39,327 nucleotides of DNA from a virus (IMGVR_UViG_3300038976_000013:1-39327); one strand, 5' to 3'; shown: positions 8,743 to 18,006, counted from the stretch's first letter. Notes: generated by a model not told the origin, from the sequence alone. Made by a program: numbers and translations.

Positions 8743-10586
8743 GCCGACGCCCAACGGTCGCCGAGGTCGGCACGGTCGGTCCGGAGCACCGGTGTGCGCT
8801 TGGCCAGCATGCACAATCGCTCGGGCGGGGTCTGCATGATTCGCTCGATTTCCCCCGCCGCCGCGGTGGAGCAGATGATCTCATCGTGCATGGTCAGGTA
8901 GACCGCGTCACCCAGACCGGCGTCCTCGATCGCGATCAGCGACTCGGCCAGGACGTCGTACGCCGACCCCTGAACGAAGTAGTTCACGGCCTTGTGCGTG
9001 GCGACGGACGGCGGGCCACCCTGCCACCCACGCCCCATCGGAATGGTCAGGATTCGCCCGGACATGGTGAACACCTTCCGGTACTGCTCTCCGATCGCAC
9101 GCAGCTTCCAGATCAGCCGGCCCGTCTTGGGCATGGCGCGGAAAATGAACTCGCGGAGCTCCTTGGCCGCGTCGATGTCCGGTTCACCGGCCGGGGTCTT
9201 CAGGTCCAGGTCGGTCGCCAGCTTGGCCATACCCTCGCCGTACAACTGCGCGAGCAGGACCACCTTGGCCGTCTTCCGGTTGATCCCCGCGTACCCCGCC
9301 AGGTCGGTGTACAGGTCCGACGTGCCGTCCTCGTACCCCTGCAGGACCTTCAGGTCGCCGGCGATGTTGGCCGCCACGACCGGCTCGATCTGAGCCCAGT
9401 CAATCGAGCTGAGCGAGTCGCCGTCGTCGGCCAGGATCACGCCGCGGGCGCCTTCCGGGAACTGATGAAGCGGCGGGTTGCCCATCGACGCGCGCCCGGT
9501 GGTCGCCGCGAGCAGGTTGAGCTCCGGATGGACCCGGTCATCATCGTCGGCCAGGTCGACCACCTTGGACAGGTAGTCGCCTTCGATCTTGGCAATCTGC
9601 TTGGCCTGGACGAACAACCGAGCGGTTTCGTTGGTCAGCCGGTCCAGGTTGGTCGCCGTGGTCGACGGTCGACCGGTCTTGGTCCGGGGCCAGTCGGCCG
9701 GTAGGGCGTCAGTGCTCTCCAAGAATTTGATGAGATCCCCCGCATTCCCGGGACGAATGTCCCGACTGGCCAGGACACGCTCAGCGGCGAACCGGTCGGC
9801 GTTGTAGCGCTCCCGGAACTGGTCCAGAAACTCCAGGTCGACACGCAACCCCCGGCACGCGCGCCGGAGCATCATCCGGTTGATCCGTTGCTCACGTTCG
9901 ACCAGCCGGGTGGCCTCATCCCCGGTCACCCCGTACGTGCTGAACGGGTGGCCGGCCGTCAGCGTGGCGAGCGCCGCGCGCCGGACGTGCGGCAGGATGC
10001 GCATGGTCACCAGCGCGTCCATCGCGTTGCCCATGAGGTACATCGGCGAATTGATGTCCAGCCGGCGGTACCCCTCCTGGATCGTCAGACCGAGTCGACG
10101 GAAAGCGTTCTTGATCGTCTCTTCCGAGTCGAGTCCGAGAAACCGCTTGGCCAGGGCATCAAGGCCCTTCCGGTCCAGCATGTCCGGGAAGGCCAACCGG
10201 GCGTAGATCAAGGTGTCCGTGACCTTGCTGATCGAGCGGAGATCGATCAACCCGTTCCGGTAGAGGTTGGGTACGTCGAATGTCGAGTTGTGGAAGACCA
10301 GCGCCGGGGCGTCCATCAGCCCGACCATGATCGCATCCGCCCCGGCGGGGTCCCGCGGATCGAGCACCGCCGTCTGAACCCCGTCGGAGAACGCCACGGA
10401 TTTGATCCTGAGCGCGTCCTTGCCCAGTCCGAACGTCTCGATATCGACGCTGAGGGGGCTGCCAAGCATCCGCTTCAGCACGACATCCGTGTTGCTTCCG
10501 GCGGTATACGTCGCGCCGAGTTCGGCCGTTCCGAGCGTCGCCGTACCGTCGATCGCGGGCCGAACCGGCGGATCTATGAAAATCAC
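8739..10586 (-). CDS. DNA polymerase I (family A) with 3'-5' exonuclease
   Basis: Exo motifs DIET, FHNSTFD and Y..GNAMDA; pol motifs TGRAS..NPPLHQFP, DWAQIE, RKTAKVVLLAQLYG, NYFVQGSA and MHDEI. Confidence 0.96.
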   Translation of the reverse strand: MIFIDPPVRPAIDGTATLGTAELGATYTAGSNTDVVLKRMLGSPLSVDIETFGLGKDALRIKSVAFSDGVQTAVLDPRDPAGADAIMVGLMDAPALVFHNSTFDVPNLYRNGLIDLRSISKVTDTLIYARLAFPDMLDRKGLDALAKRFLGLDSEETIKNAFRRLGLTIQEGYRRLDINSPMYLMGNAMDALVTMRILPHVRRAALATLTAGHPFSTYGVTGDEATRLVEREQRINRMMLRRACRGLRVDLEFLDQFRERYNADRFAAERVLASRDIRPGNAGDLIKFLESTDALPADWPRTKTGRPSTTATNLDRLTNETARLFVQAKQIAKIEGDYLSKVVDLADDDDRVHPELNLLAATTGRASMGNPPLHQFPEGARGVILADDGDSLSSIDWAQIEPVVAANIAGDLKVLQGYEDGTSDLYTDLAGYAGINRKTAKVVLLAQLYGEGMAKLATDLDLKTPAGEPDIDAAKELREFIFRAMPKTGRLIWKLRAIGEQYRKVFTMSGRILTIPMGRGWQGGPPSVATHKAVNYFVQGSAYDVLAESLIAIEDAGLGDAVYLTMHDEIICSTAAAGEIERIMQTPPERLCMLAKRTPVLRTDRADLGDRWASA

Positions 10587-10618
10587 TGTGTTACGCTCCT
10601 TGCGTCGGTAACGGATTT

Positions 10619-10649
10619 CGGCGCTCCAGGGGTGATGGAGCGCCGTTTT
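10619..10649 (+). terminator. Hairpin with U-tract on the + strand (antisense terminator or processing stem)
   Basis: CGGCGCTCCA-N7-TGGAGCGCCG-TTTT in the gap between two minus-strand genes. Confidence 0.55.
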
Positions 10650-10656
10650 CGTGTCT

Positions 10657-11040
10657 TCAGGCGATCAAACCCCCGGAGGGGTTCAGAAACTCCGGGCGCG
10701 CGTCGTCCGGCATGGTCGGTCCGCCGTTGCACTTGCACTCCGGGTTGGCACAACGAAACTTCGCCGGCACGGATGAGAACGTCCGTGTCGTCGTACCGGC
10801 CGGCACGGTGATGTGCGCCCCGGCGGGGATCGCGTCCGGCACACAGCACTCGTCGTCGGCCACGGCCGGGACCGGCTTGAGCATGCCGTCCAGCTCGTCC
10901 TGCCGGTACCGGATGGATTGTGTGCCGGCCAGCTTGTGCGCCTGGATCTGGCCGGCGGAGCGGTACCGGTCGAGGGTCCGCTCATTGATCTTCAGATACG
11001 CTGCCGCTTCCTCGCGGGTCAGCCAAGGGGAATCAATCAT
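10657..11040 (-). CDS. HTH_17 (excisionase/MerR-like) DNA-binding protein with Cys-rich C-terminus
   Basis: WLTREEAAAYLKINERTLDRYRSAG.I.A.K...IRYRQDELD; C-terminal CC...CANPECKC; probable leaderless start. Confidence 0.88.
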   Translation of the reverse strand: MIDSPWLTREEAAAYLKINERTLDRYRSAGQIQAHKLAGTQSIRYRQDELDGMLKPVPAVADDECCVPDAIPAGAHITVPAGTTTRTFSSVPAKFRCANPECKCNGGPTMPDDARPEFLNPSGGLIA

Positions 11041-11047
11041 GGCGATG

Positions 11048-11098
11048 ATCGTACCTCCCTTGTCGTTCCTTGCGCAACATTGTCAGTCCTGGTACGGT
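11048..11098. promoter_or_regulatory. Divergent promoters sharing the palindromic -35 TTGCGCAA
   Basis: Leftward TTGCGC-N18-TACGAT-N7-ATG(11040); rightward TTGCGC-N17-TACGGT. This is the only divergence point in the genome. Confidence 0.7.
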
Positions 11099-11150
11099 CA
11101 GGGTGTTCGGGGACACCGACCCCGTAGCCCACTGACACAGGATGTGAGAC

Positions 11151-12008
11151 ATGCATGGCGAAACCGAGCGACCCACCGAAAACCCCGAAACCGGGCAGCA
11201 AGCAGCCGGTACCGATCAAGCCTGCCAATCCAGCACCCCGACCGAAACCACCGGTCAAGCCAAAGTAGCGCTCCCGGCTACCCCGTTCCGAATGTTCACC
11301 TTCGGCACGGACCACCTGGAGCAACATGGACTCCGGCGCGACGCGTGCGTGATCTTCGAAGGTGAGGGGGACCTGCCCCGCGCCCGGATGCACCAGCGAT
11401 TCGGCAGAGATTGGGCCGCAGAGTACCTCCCGGATGCAGCGCGCAAGCAGATCGAATGGTGGAGCTACGTCCCGCTCACGCCGGCCGAACTGCCGCCGGT
11501 CCGGACGGACCTCCCGCCGGAGGTCGATCTCTGGATCCAGGAAGTGCTGATCGCACACGGTGAGCCGATCTTCGCCCGGGGCACCCCGTACGAACCACCG
11601 GACAGCACCGAGTACATGATGAAGCGGCCCGACGTCACTTACCGGGTGAATCACCTCGGCCAGACGTTCCGGGACGACGGTTCCCGGGTGTGGCCGGCCG
11701 ACTCCGATTTCCGGACGGCCATGGCCAGCGTGCATCTGTCCGGCTGCGTGCTGTCGTGGGACCACATCGGGAAATGCGCCCGGGGACCGGCGAATCACAC
11801 CCCGGAAGTGCGGGCCGACCTGACCGAGCGGAGAAAGGTCAGCAAGAGTGTCCAGCGGGGTGAGGACGCTGCTCGCACGCTGTACGTGCGTGGCGGTGCG
11901 GTCCCGCAGATGGACACGCTGGTCTACCCCGGGGAAAAGCCCGCCGAGGTCCGTGCGGCGCTTCGGGCGTACGCATGGTGGCTGCTCGATCTGGCCGACC
12001 GTGCGTAG
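11151..12008 (+). CDS. Hypothetical protein (285 aa)
   Basis: Long ORF, first gene of the rightward block; FTFG..H...AR.RM..RFG.DWA.EY phage-type motif. Confidence 0.8.
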   Translation: MHGETERPTENPETGQQAAGTDQACQSSTPTETTGQAKVALPATPFRMFTFGTDHLEQHGLRRDACVIFEGEGDLPRARMHQRFGRDWAAEYLPDAARKQIEWWSYVPLTPAELPPVRTDLPPEVDLWIQEVLIAHGEPIFARGTPYEPPDSTEYMMKRPDVTYRVNHLGQTFRDDGSRVWPADSDFRTAMASVHLSGCVLSWDHIGKCARGPANHTPEVRADLTERRKVSKSVQRGEDAARTLYVRGGAVPQMDTLVYPGEKPAEVRAALRAYAWWLLDLADRA

Positions 12009-12157
12009 TGCGTTCGAGATCAGCGCGATTCCGATGCTGATCGGGTGGGTCCGGCTGCTGGTCTGGGTCGTCCAGGACTGGCGCCGGCCCCCTCCCACCT
12101 GATATCGTCATGCATCACGGGGGACACCGTCTCCCGAGTTACCGACATGGAGGATCC

Positions 12158-12442
12158 GTGAACAAGGATCTTGAACTGAGTAGCGCGATGAAGGCTGTGC
12201 TGTACGCCCTGGCGTCCTCGTTCGGCCACGCCCCGGGTGTACAGCGGTGCCACATGCTCGGTCCGCGGCAGACCGTACGCGCGCTGGAGGTGCGCGGTCT
12301 GGTCGCCGTCCAGCCCTGTTGGCGAACCGCGCACGGCACCCCGACACACATCGCGCTTGTGCAACTGACCGAGGACGGTGCGGCAGAGATCCATATGAAC
12401 CTCAAGGTCATCGCGGGTCAGGCACTGGAGTGTGCATCATGA
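12158..12442 (+). CDS. Hypothetical protein, possible winged helix (94 aa)
   Basis: GGAGG RBS before GTG 12158; TVRALEVRGLV...LTEDG pattern. Confidence 0.7.
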   Translation: MNKDLELSSAMKAVLYALASSFGHAPGVQRCHMLGPRQTVRALEVRGLVAVQPCWRTAHGTPTHIALVQLTEDGAAEIHMNLKVIAGQALECAS

Positions 12443-12771
12443 AGCTGGAAATCGGCCAGCCGGTCAAGGTGGTCATGTACCGCGGCAAGGTGCTTGACGG
12501 TCGCGTGGTGAAGATCGCTCGGACATGGGTGACCATCGCCGTCGATCAGGGTGGGTATGAGAACGAGTTTCGTTTTCGTATGGATGACCGGACGGATGGC
12601 AGCGACTGGCCGGATCGGTTCTACACGCTCGATCAGTGGGCCGAGAAAGTGCGCCGCGATGAAGCCTTGACGTTTCTGCGCGAGCAGGGGGTCTATCTGG
12701 AGTCCAGCTCGCCATGGCGTGGCCGGGAGGAGACTCTGGCCGAACTGATCCGCGTGGCGGTACCGGAATGA
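12439..12771 (+). CDS. Hypothetical small beta-barrel protein (110 aa)
   Basis: ATGA overlap; LEIGQPVKV...GRVVKIARTWVTI is SH3/KOW-like. Confidence 0.75.
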   Translation: MKLEIGQPVKVVMYRGKVLDGRVVKIARTWVTIAVDQGGYENEFRFRMDDRTDGSDWPDRFYTLDQWAEKVRRDEALTFLREQGVYLESSSPWRGREETLAELIRVAVPE

Positions 12772-12869
12772 CCATCAAAGGCGGGTGGCCATCGTTGATA
12801 GCAGGAATCCTGTTTATCTTGGCCGCTGTATGTTGCGCCGGAGACCTGATTGCGCTGGTACAGCGATGA
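12768..12869 (+). CDS. Small membrane protein (33 aa, not in the ORF track)
   Basis: MTIKGGWPSLIAGILFILAAVCCAGDLIALVQR; ATGA overlaps at both ends. Confidence 0.65.
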   Translation: MTIKGGWPSLIAGILFILAAVCCAGDLIALVQR

Positions 12870-14581
12870 CCACACTGAAGCTACGGGAGTACCAGCTCGG
12901 CGCCATCATGGCCGTGATGGACGCATGGGCCAGCGGTGTGCAGTGTCCCGCCGTGGTCCTGCCGACCGGCATGGGCAAGACCGTGATCTTCTCCGAAATC
13001 GTGACGCGGCTGGTACGCGACGGCCGACGGCCGCTCGTGCTCGTGCACCGTGACGAGCTGGCCGAGCAGGCGGAGAACAAGCTGCGCGACGCTGATCCAT
13101 CGATGTCGGTCGGAGTCGTCAAGGCGGAGCGCAACGAGATCGGCAGTGATGTCACGATCGGTAGCGTCCAGACGCTCAGCCGGACACCCCGCCTGCACGC
13201 ACTGAGCAGGGAGCAGTTCACTGACATCATCGTGGATGAATGCCATCACGCCGCGGCAGTGTCGTACGTCAAGATCCTGAAGTGGTTCGGTGCGCTCGAT
13301 TACCAGGACTGGCGCGACGATCGAGCGTGGGCATGCGGTAAGAACACACCCGAATGGCCGCGTGCCGTCGGCTTCACGGCGACGATGGAGCGGGCGGACG
13401 GCAAGGCCCTGGGCACGGTCTGGTCCGATGTGGTGTACCGCAAGGACATCATGTACGGGATCTTGAACGGGTACCTGGTCGACGTGTCCGGCATCGCCGT
13501 GACGGTGGACGGCCTGGATCTGGCCAGCGTCGCACGCTCCAAGGGTGACTACCAGGACGGCGCTCTGGGCAACGCCCTGGAGTCGGCCGGCGCGGGAGAG
13601 GCGATCGCCAGGGCGTACCGGGAACACTGCTCGATCCCGTGCACGTGCTCGGATTGCCAACACGGGCGAATCGCGTACCGGCAGGCTCTGCTGTTCGCGC
13701 CCACCGTGGCTACGGCTGAGTCGTTCGCTCAAGCCCTGAACGATGAGGGGGTCTCGGCCGAGGTCATCACCGGTACGACCAGCAAGGAAGAGCGCGCGCT
13801 GATCTACAAGCGGTACAGAGCACACGAGATCGACGTGATCTGTTCCTGCATGGTGCTGACCGAAGGTTTCGACATGCCTCAGGCGGAGGTCGCCATCATC
13901 GCGCGGCCGACCTCCAGTGCGGCGCTGTACGTCCAGATGGTGGGCAGGGTGCTCCGGCCGTCCCCGCTCACCGGGAAGACCAGCGCGCTCGTGCTGGACG
14001 TGGTCGGTGTATCCAGCCGGCTGGCGCTCGCGTCGATCCCGGTGCTGACGGCCGGCGCGGTCGTCCCCGCCGAGGGTGAATCGATCGTCCAGGCCGCTCA
14101 GCGTCAGCAGCAGGAATCCCTGGGCAGGGTGGCACTGGAAGGCGAGCTCTCGCACGTCGTGGTCGACCTGTTCCACCGGTCCACGTCGGCGTGGCTGACC
14201 ACCCGCGGCGGGGTGTGGTTCATCCCGACCCGGGAATGTCTGATCTTCCTCTGGCCGGACGGTACCGGCAAATTCAAGGTGGCCAGGACCGGTACCCCGT
14301 ACACCTGCAAGGGCGGGAGTTACCTATACGACCGCCGGGCGTTCGCGCTCGAATACGCCATGGCGTGGGCGGAGCAGGCCGCGGAGGAGATCGACCCGTC
14401 CGTGGCGAGCAAGAAATCCAGTTGGCGCCGAAAGTCGAACCAGCCGAGCGACGCCCAACTGGCACAGTGCCGGCAGTACCGCATCGCCGTGCCGGATGGC
14501 GCTACCAAGAGTCAGGTGTCCGACCTACTGAGCGTGCATTTCGCCAGTAGGGCGTTGGACCGGGGAGGGAAACGATCATGA
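12866..14581 (+). CDS. SF2 DEAD/DEAH-box DNA helicase (571 aa)
   Basis: Q motif LREYQ, Walker A LPTGMGKT, DECHH, TAT, VLTEGFD and QMVGRVLR; start moved to ATG 12866. Confidence 0.95.
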   Translation: MTTLKLREYQLGAIMAVMDAWASGVQCPAVVLPTGMGKTVIFSEIVTRLVRDGRRPLVLVHRDELAEQAENKLRDADPSMSVGVVKAERNEIGSDVTIGSVQTLSRTPRLHALSREQFTDIIVDECHHAAAVSYVKILKWFGALDYQDWRDDRAWACGKNTPEWPRAVGFTATMERADGKALGTVWSDVVYRKDIMYGILNGYLVDVSGIAVTVDGLDLASVARSKGDYQDGALGNALESAGAGEAIARAYREHCSIPCTCSDCQHGRIAYRQALLFAPTVATAESFAQALNDEGVSAEVITGTTSKEERALIYKRYRAHEIDVICSCMVLTEGFDMPQAEVAIIARPTSSAALYVQMVGRVLRPSPLTGKTSALVLDVVGVSSRLALASIPVLTAGAVVPAEGESIVQAAQRQQQESLGRVALEGELSHVVVDLFHRSTSAWLTTRGGVWFIPTRECLIFLWPDGTGKFKVARTGTPYTCKGGSYLYDRRAFALEYAMAWAEQAAEEIDPSVASKKSSWRRKSNQPSDAQLAQCRQYRIAVPDGATKSQVSDLLSVHFASRALDRGGKRS

Positions 14582-14841
14582 AACGTTGCCGAGCGGGTAT
14601 CGCCAACCACGGATGTGCGTGCGGTAAGGCTTTCCACACCCCGACACAGGCCAAGGAATGCGGTCTGGAGAACCACGACCAGTGCCGCCGTAGGGCCGGC
14701 CACGAAAAGTTCACCGGGAACGAGGATGCGGAGTGGCACCTGCTGGATTGCGGGGGCGCATTCAGTGACGACGGGGTGTACACCGCCGATTGGACCCCAA
14801 TCTTCCATAGGGTAGACGAGGATGGAGATATCGTCCGATGA
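14578..14841 (+). CDS. Hypothetical Cys/His-rich protein (87 aa)
   Basis: ATGA-coupled; several Cys/His residues including CACG. Confidence 0.7.
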   Translation: MKRCRAGIANHGCACGKAFHTPTQAKECGLENHDQCRRRAGHEKFTGNEDAEWHLLDCGGAFSDDGVYTADWTPIFHRVDEDGDIVR

Positions 14842-15605
14842 CGAGTTTTGTAGAATCCAGGGACGCACTGTACGCAGCGATGATCGCGGCGCCGTCCAAC
14901 ACCGAGGGAGACCGGTCGTCCAATATCCTGGCCGAGCTTTCCAAGGTGGGGTACGAGCTGGTCAAGCGCGACCCGTTCACGTCGGTCGGGTTGACCCCGC
15001 CGGTATTCACCGTGGCGTTTGAGGACGGACCGGCCGGCCACATCTCAGTCACGTTTACTCACGTGCCGACAAGCAGGGTGTTCCGCGTTCCGGCTGCTGA
15101 ACACCGCATTCTTTTCATCAACGGCCGGGGGTACCGGCTGGACGGGAGCGGTACGTGGGACTCGCTGACGGATCCGTCCGTGTCGGAAAACGCTGAGCAG
15201 CCGCCCGCTCTGAAACATTCACAGCAGCCTCTCACTGTTCACCCGCTCGTGGTCGGCCAACAGGTCACGGTGAAACAGGCGGTGCCTCATGCAAACAACC
15301 CGACTGAGTTGTTGGCTGTGCCGGGTGATCGTCTGACGATTGTCACGATGCGTCATAACTCCAAGTATGTGCGCGTTCGGTGTCCCGATACGGGGTACGA
15401 CTCGTGGCTATCTCTCGACCAATTGGTGCCGTACCCGGCCGAGGACCTGGACCGCGTCGGCAAGCTGGCCGCCCGTGTGTCCGAACTGGAAGCTGACGCT
15501 GTTCGCTACTCCGAACTGGATGCTGACTGGCGGGCCATGTCCGATCGGCTGGCCCGAATCGAGCATTGGTTGGATCGCGAGGATCACGGATGGCAGGGTG
15601 TGTGA
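14838..15605 (+). CDS. Hypothetical protein with SH3-like region and coiled-coil tail (255 aa)
   Basis: Coupled start; ELLAVPGDRLTIV...YVRVR...GYDSWL pattern. Confidence 0.75.
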   Translation: MTSFVESRDALYAAMIAAPSNTEGDRSSNILAELSKVGYELVKRDPFTSVGLTPPVFTVAFEDGPAGHISVTFTHVPTSRVFRVPAAEHRILFINGRGYRLDGSGTWDSLTDPSVSENAEQPPALKHSQQPLTVHPLVVGQQVTVKQAVPHANNPTELLAVPGDRLTIVTMRHNSKYVRVRCPDTGYDSWLSLDQLVPYPAEDLDRVGKLAARVSELEADAVRYSELDADWRAMSDRLARIEHWLDREDHGWQGV

Positions 15606-15642
15606 TTCGGGGTACGATGTCCCCGGAAGGGAGTTACCGACG

Positions 15643-16014
15643 ATGACGAATGTGGATCTTGTAACATCCGAGAGCGACCAGGTCCCGACCGAACTGGGCA
15701 CCTGGACCCTCACCCCGGAGCAGGCGGAGCGACTACCGGCGGTGCTGAACGCGCTCCAGGCTGACCCACTCGGCCGGCCCACCGTGGTCGGTCCGGACCT
15801 CGATGTCCGGGTGCCGGCTCGCGTGTTGGACGGGCTGGAAACCAGCTACCACGACCGGGTGTGCGGGTGCCGGACCTGGCCGGCCAATTGCACAGCGTTC
15901 AGCGTGGTGGTCAACGGGGTATTCATGCTTGGCCCCCGGGTAGTCCGGATGCCGCACCAGTGGAGCGTGGCCGACGTGCTCACCGAAGCGAACCGACAGG
16001 CGTACGGCGAATGA
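15643..16014 (+). CDS. Hypothetical protein (123 aa)
   Basis: GGGAG RBS and GTTACCGAC motif before ATG 15643; HxxxCxC motif. Confidence 0.7.
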   Translation: MTNVDLVTSESDQVPTELGTWTLTPEQAERLPAVLNALQADPLGRPTVVGPDLDVRVPARVLDGLETSYHDRVCGCRTWPANCTAFSVVVNGVFMLGPRVVRMPHQWSVADVLTEANRQAYGE

Positions 16015-16214
16015 ACCTCATCCTGACCTTGACACAGGCCAAGGCCCTGCACGCCGCGGCACTGGCCGGCGCGATGGAGTACCGCACGTCGGTGGAGAAC
16101 GACCCGGACCGGACAGAGCAGGCCAAGGGCAACAACCTGGCCGCGTTCGACCGGGCGATGGCCAAGCTGGCTGAGCGCATCGGTACCGAGTCGAAATCGG
16201 TGGCCAAGAAATGA
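16011..16214 (+). CDS. Hypothetical helical protein (67 aa)
   Basis: ATGA overlaps at both ends. Confidence 0.7.
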   Translation: MNLILTLTQAKALHAAALAGAMEYRTSVENDPDRTEQAKGNNLAAFDRAMAKLAERIGTESKSVAKK

Positions 16215-17326
16215 CTGACCTATTCGACTCACCGGAGCAGCCGGCCGGGCGCGAGGAAGCCGGGGTCAAGCGGGACCGATGGGGGCGGTACCTGCTCCCG
16301 ACGTACCCCCCGCCCGCACCCGGAACGGCCAGCAAGGGCAAGCGGGGAAAGCCGGCGGAGATCGGGTGGACCCGTGCCACGACGTTCGCCAAATCGATCA
16401 GCGATACGTACGCCTTGTCGCTCTGGTCGCAGCGCATGGTCGCCAAGGGCCTCGCCATCCGGCCGGACCTGTACGCCCTGGCCGCCTCCACACCGGTGTC
16501 GGACAAGGACACCTTGAACACCCTTGTCGAAGACGCCAAGACGGCGGCCAACGCGCGGGTGTCGGCCAACCTCGGTACGGCGATGCACGGGTTCACCGAA
16601 ATGCACGACCGTGGCGAGCTCCTCGCAGACCCCGAATGGAAGTCCGTCCCGGAGCAGTTCCACGCTGATCTCAGGGCGTACGCCGCTTTGCTCAAACGGC
16701 ACGCGATCCTGATCGACCCAGCACTGATCGAACGGATCGTGGTCAACCCCCACTACCAGGTGGCGGGGACGTTCGACCGGATCGGGTTTCACGACGGCGA
16801 ACCCGTCGTGGTCGACCTGAAGACCGGCCGGGACCTCACGTACGGGTGGAACGAGATCGCGATCCAGCTCTACCTGTACGCGACATCGGCAGCAATGTGG
16901 AACCGGGACACCGAGACGTACAGCCCCCTGCCCAACGCTCTCAGCATGACCCGCGCGCTGGTCATCCATCTCCCGGTCGGCAAGGCCACGGCGACGCTGT
17001 ACGAAGTCGACCTAGAACCAGCGCGCGCCGCGGCGGACCTGTGCCAGGGCGTGCGCGAGTGGCGGAAGTACCGCAACCTGGCCCGGGAAATCGGCGTGGC
17101 CACGGCCGGCGCTACCGGGCCGGATATCGGGACCGTGGAAGAGTTGGTGACCGAGGTCCGACCCCCGACGTACGCGGAGCGCATCGCCGCGGCGAGCTCG
17201 GTCACCGAGCTCAGCGCGGTGTGGCGGGACGCGACAGCCGCCGGCCAGTGGACGACCGAGCTCGAAACCCTGGGCAAGCGCCGGCAGTACGAACTGACCC
17301 GTGCCGTCACCCCGCGGGCGGGGTGA
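16211..17326 (+). CDS. Cas4/RecB-like PD-(D/E)XK exonuclease
   Basis: RDRWGRY..., RATT.AK, GTAMH, E..VV, AGTFDRI, VVDLKTG and QLYLYA motifs. Confidence 0.88.
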   Translation: MTDLFDSPEQPAGREEAGVKRDRWGRYLLPTYPPPAPGTASKGKRGKPAEIGWTRATTFAKSISDTYALSLWSQRMVAKGLAIRPDLYALAASTPVSDKDTLNTLVEDAKTAANARVSANLGTAMHGFTEMHDRGELLADPEWKSVPEQFHADLRAYAALLKRHAILIDPALIERIVVNPHYQVAGTFDRIGFHDGEPVVVDLKTGRDLTYGWNEIAIQLYLYATSAAMWNRDTETYSPLPNALSMTRALVIHLPVGKATATLYEVDLEPARAAADLCQGVREWRKYRNLAREIGVATAGATGPDIGTVEELVTEVRPPTYAERIAAASSVTELSAVWRDATAAGQWTTELETLGKRRQYELTRAVTPRAG

Positions 17327-17637
17327 TGAAAGATCCACGGACACGCGGACTGAAGCCGGGGGACACCTACTCCCGGACGGTCCGCCGTCGGGACGACGTG
17401 ACCGGGCTCATGGTGGTCAAGACCATCACATGCGTATTCCAGCCCAAGGGGACCCGGATCGAGCGGGTACCGGCCATCACCGAATTGGCTGCCCGGGGTC
17501 TGCGGTACGGTCAGATCGGCGCTGAGCTGGGTCTGTCGATGCACGCCATCAAGCAGATCATCGCGGAGTACGGGATCCCGTATCAGTACGCCGACAAGCC
17601 GGGTAGACCTCGAAAGAATCTTGACGACAGGGTTTGA
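17326..17637 (+). CDS. HTH DNA-binding protein with AT-hook-like tail (103 aa)
   Basis: LAARGLRYGQIGAELGLSMHAIKQII HTH; C-terminal PGRPRK. Confidence 0.75.
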   Translation: MKDPRTRGLKPGDTYSRTVRRRDDVTGLMVVKTITCVFQPKGTRIERVPAITELAARGLRYGQIGAELGLSMHAIKQIIAEYGIPYQYADKPGRPRKNLDDRV

Positions 17638-17662
17638 CAGAGACAGTCAAGGCGGGTAGTGT
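17634..17662 (+). promoter_or_regulatory. Near-consensus promoter TTGACA-N17-TAGTGT upstream of the ncRNA locus
   Basis: Perfect -35 box, 17-bp spacer and TAGnnT -10 box; no convincing ORF follows until 18007. Confidence 0.8.
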
Positions 17663-17766
17663 CGTAGACAGCAAAGCACACCGCTCGGGCGATGGCTAGA
17701 TATGGCGCCGTTTGGCGAACGTCTGGGTGGTGGCGCAAGGCAAGCGATCCGGGTCGACACGGATCG

Positions 17767-17840
17767 TGTCCGTCGTATCTGGTGACCGGTACCCCGCTAA
17801 GCAAGGGCTACCGAGCAGGGTTCGATTCCCTGACGGACAG
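17767..17840 (+). ncRNA. tRNA-like element 1 (aberrant D and anticodon region)
   Basis: Acceptor TGTCCGT/ACGGACA (7 bp) stacked on T arm CAGGG-TTCGATT-CCCTG; no canonical 5-bp stem/7-nt loop anticodon arm. Confidence 0.65.
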
Positions 17841-17884
17841 CGAAATACGTGCAGAGGGGTCGCTCCTGGTATGCGCGGGCAACA

Positions 17885-17977
17885 GATCATGTCTGCTGGG
17901 TCAGCTTGATCTCAGTACCGGGACCGCGAATCTCGGGAACAGTGATAGGGCTGAGGGTTCGATTCCCTCCATGATCG
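17885..17977 (+). ncRNA. tRNA-like element 2 (very long anticodon-position helix)
   Basis: Acceptor GATCATG/CATGATC, T arm GAGGG-TTCGATT-CCCTC, and an imperfect ~20-bp helix capped by CCGGGA-CCGCGAA-TCTCGG. Confidence 0.65.
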
Positions 17978-18006
17978 CGCAATCGCACAACATGACGGGA
18001 GATCGC

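Noticed and set aside
10657-11040. Integration/excision module, with the duplicated tRNA 3' half as attP
   Set aside because: No tyrosine or serine recombinase is recognisable, and the 31-nt repeats belong to complete acceptor/D/T-arm structures.
16211-17326. CRISPR-Cas system suggested by the Cas4-like nuclease
   Set aside because: No repeat-spacer array or other cas genes; stand-alone nucleases of this type are common in phages.
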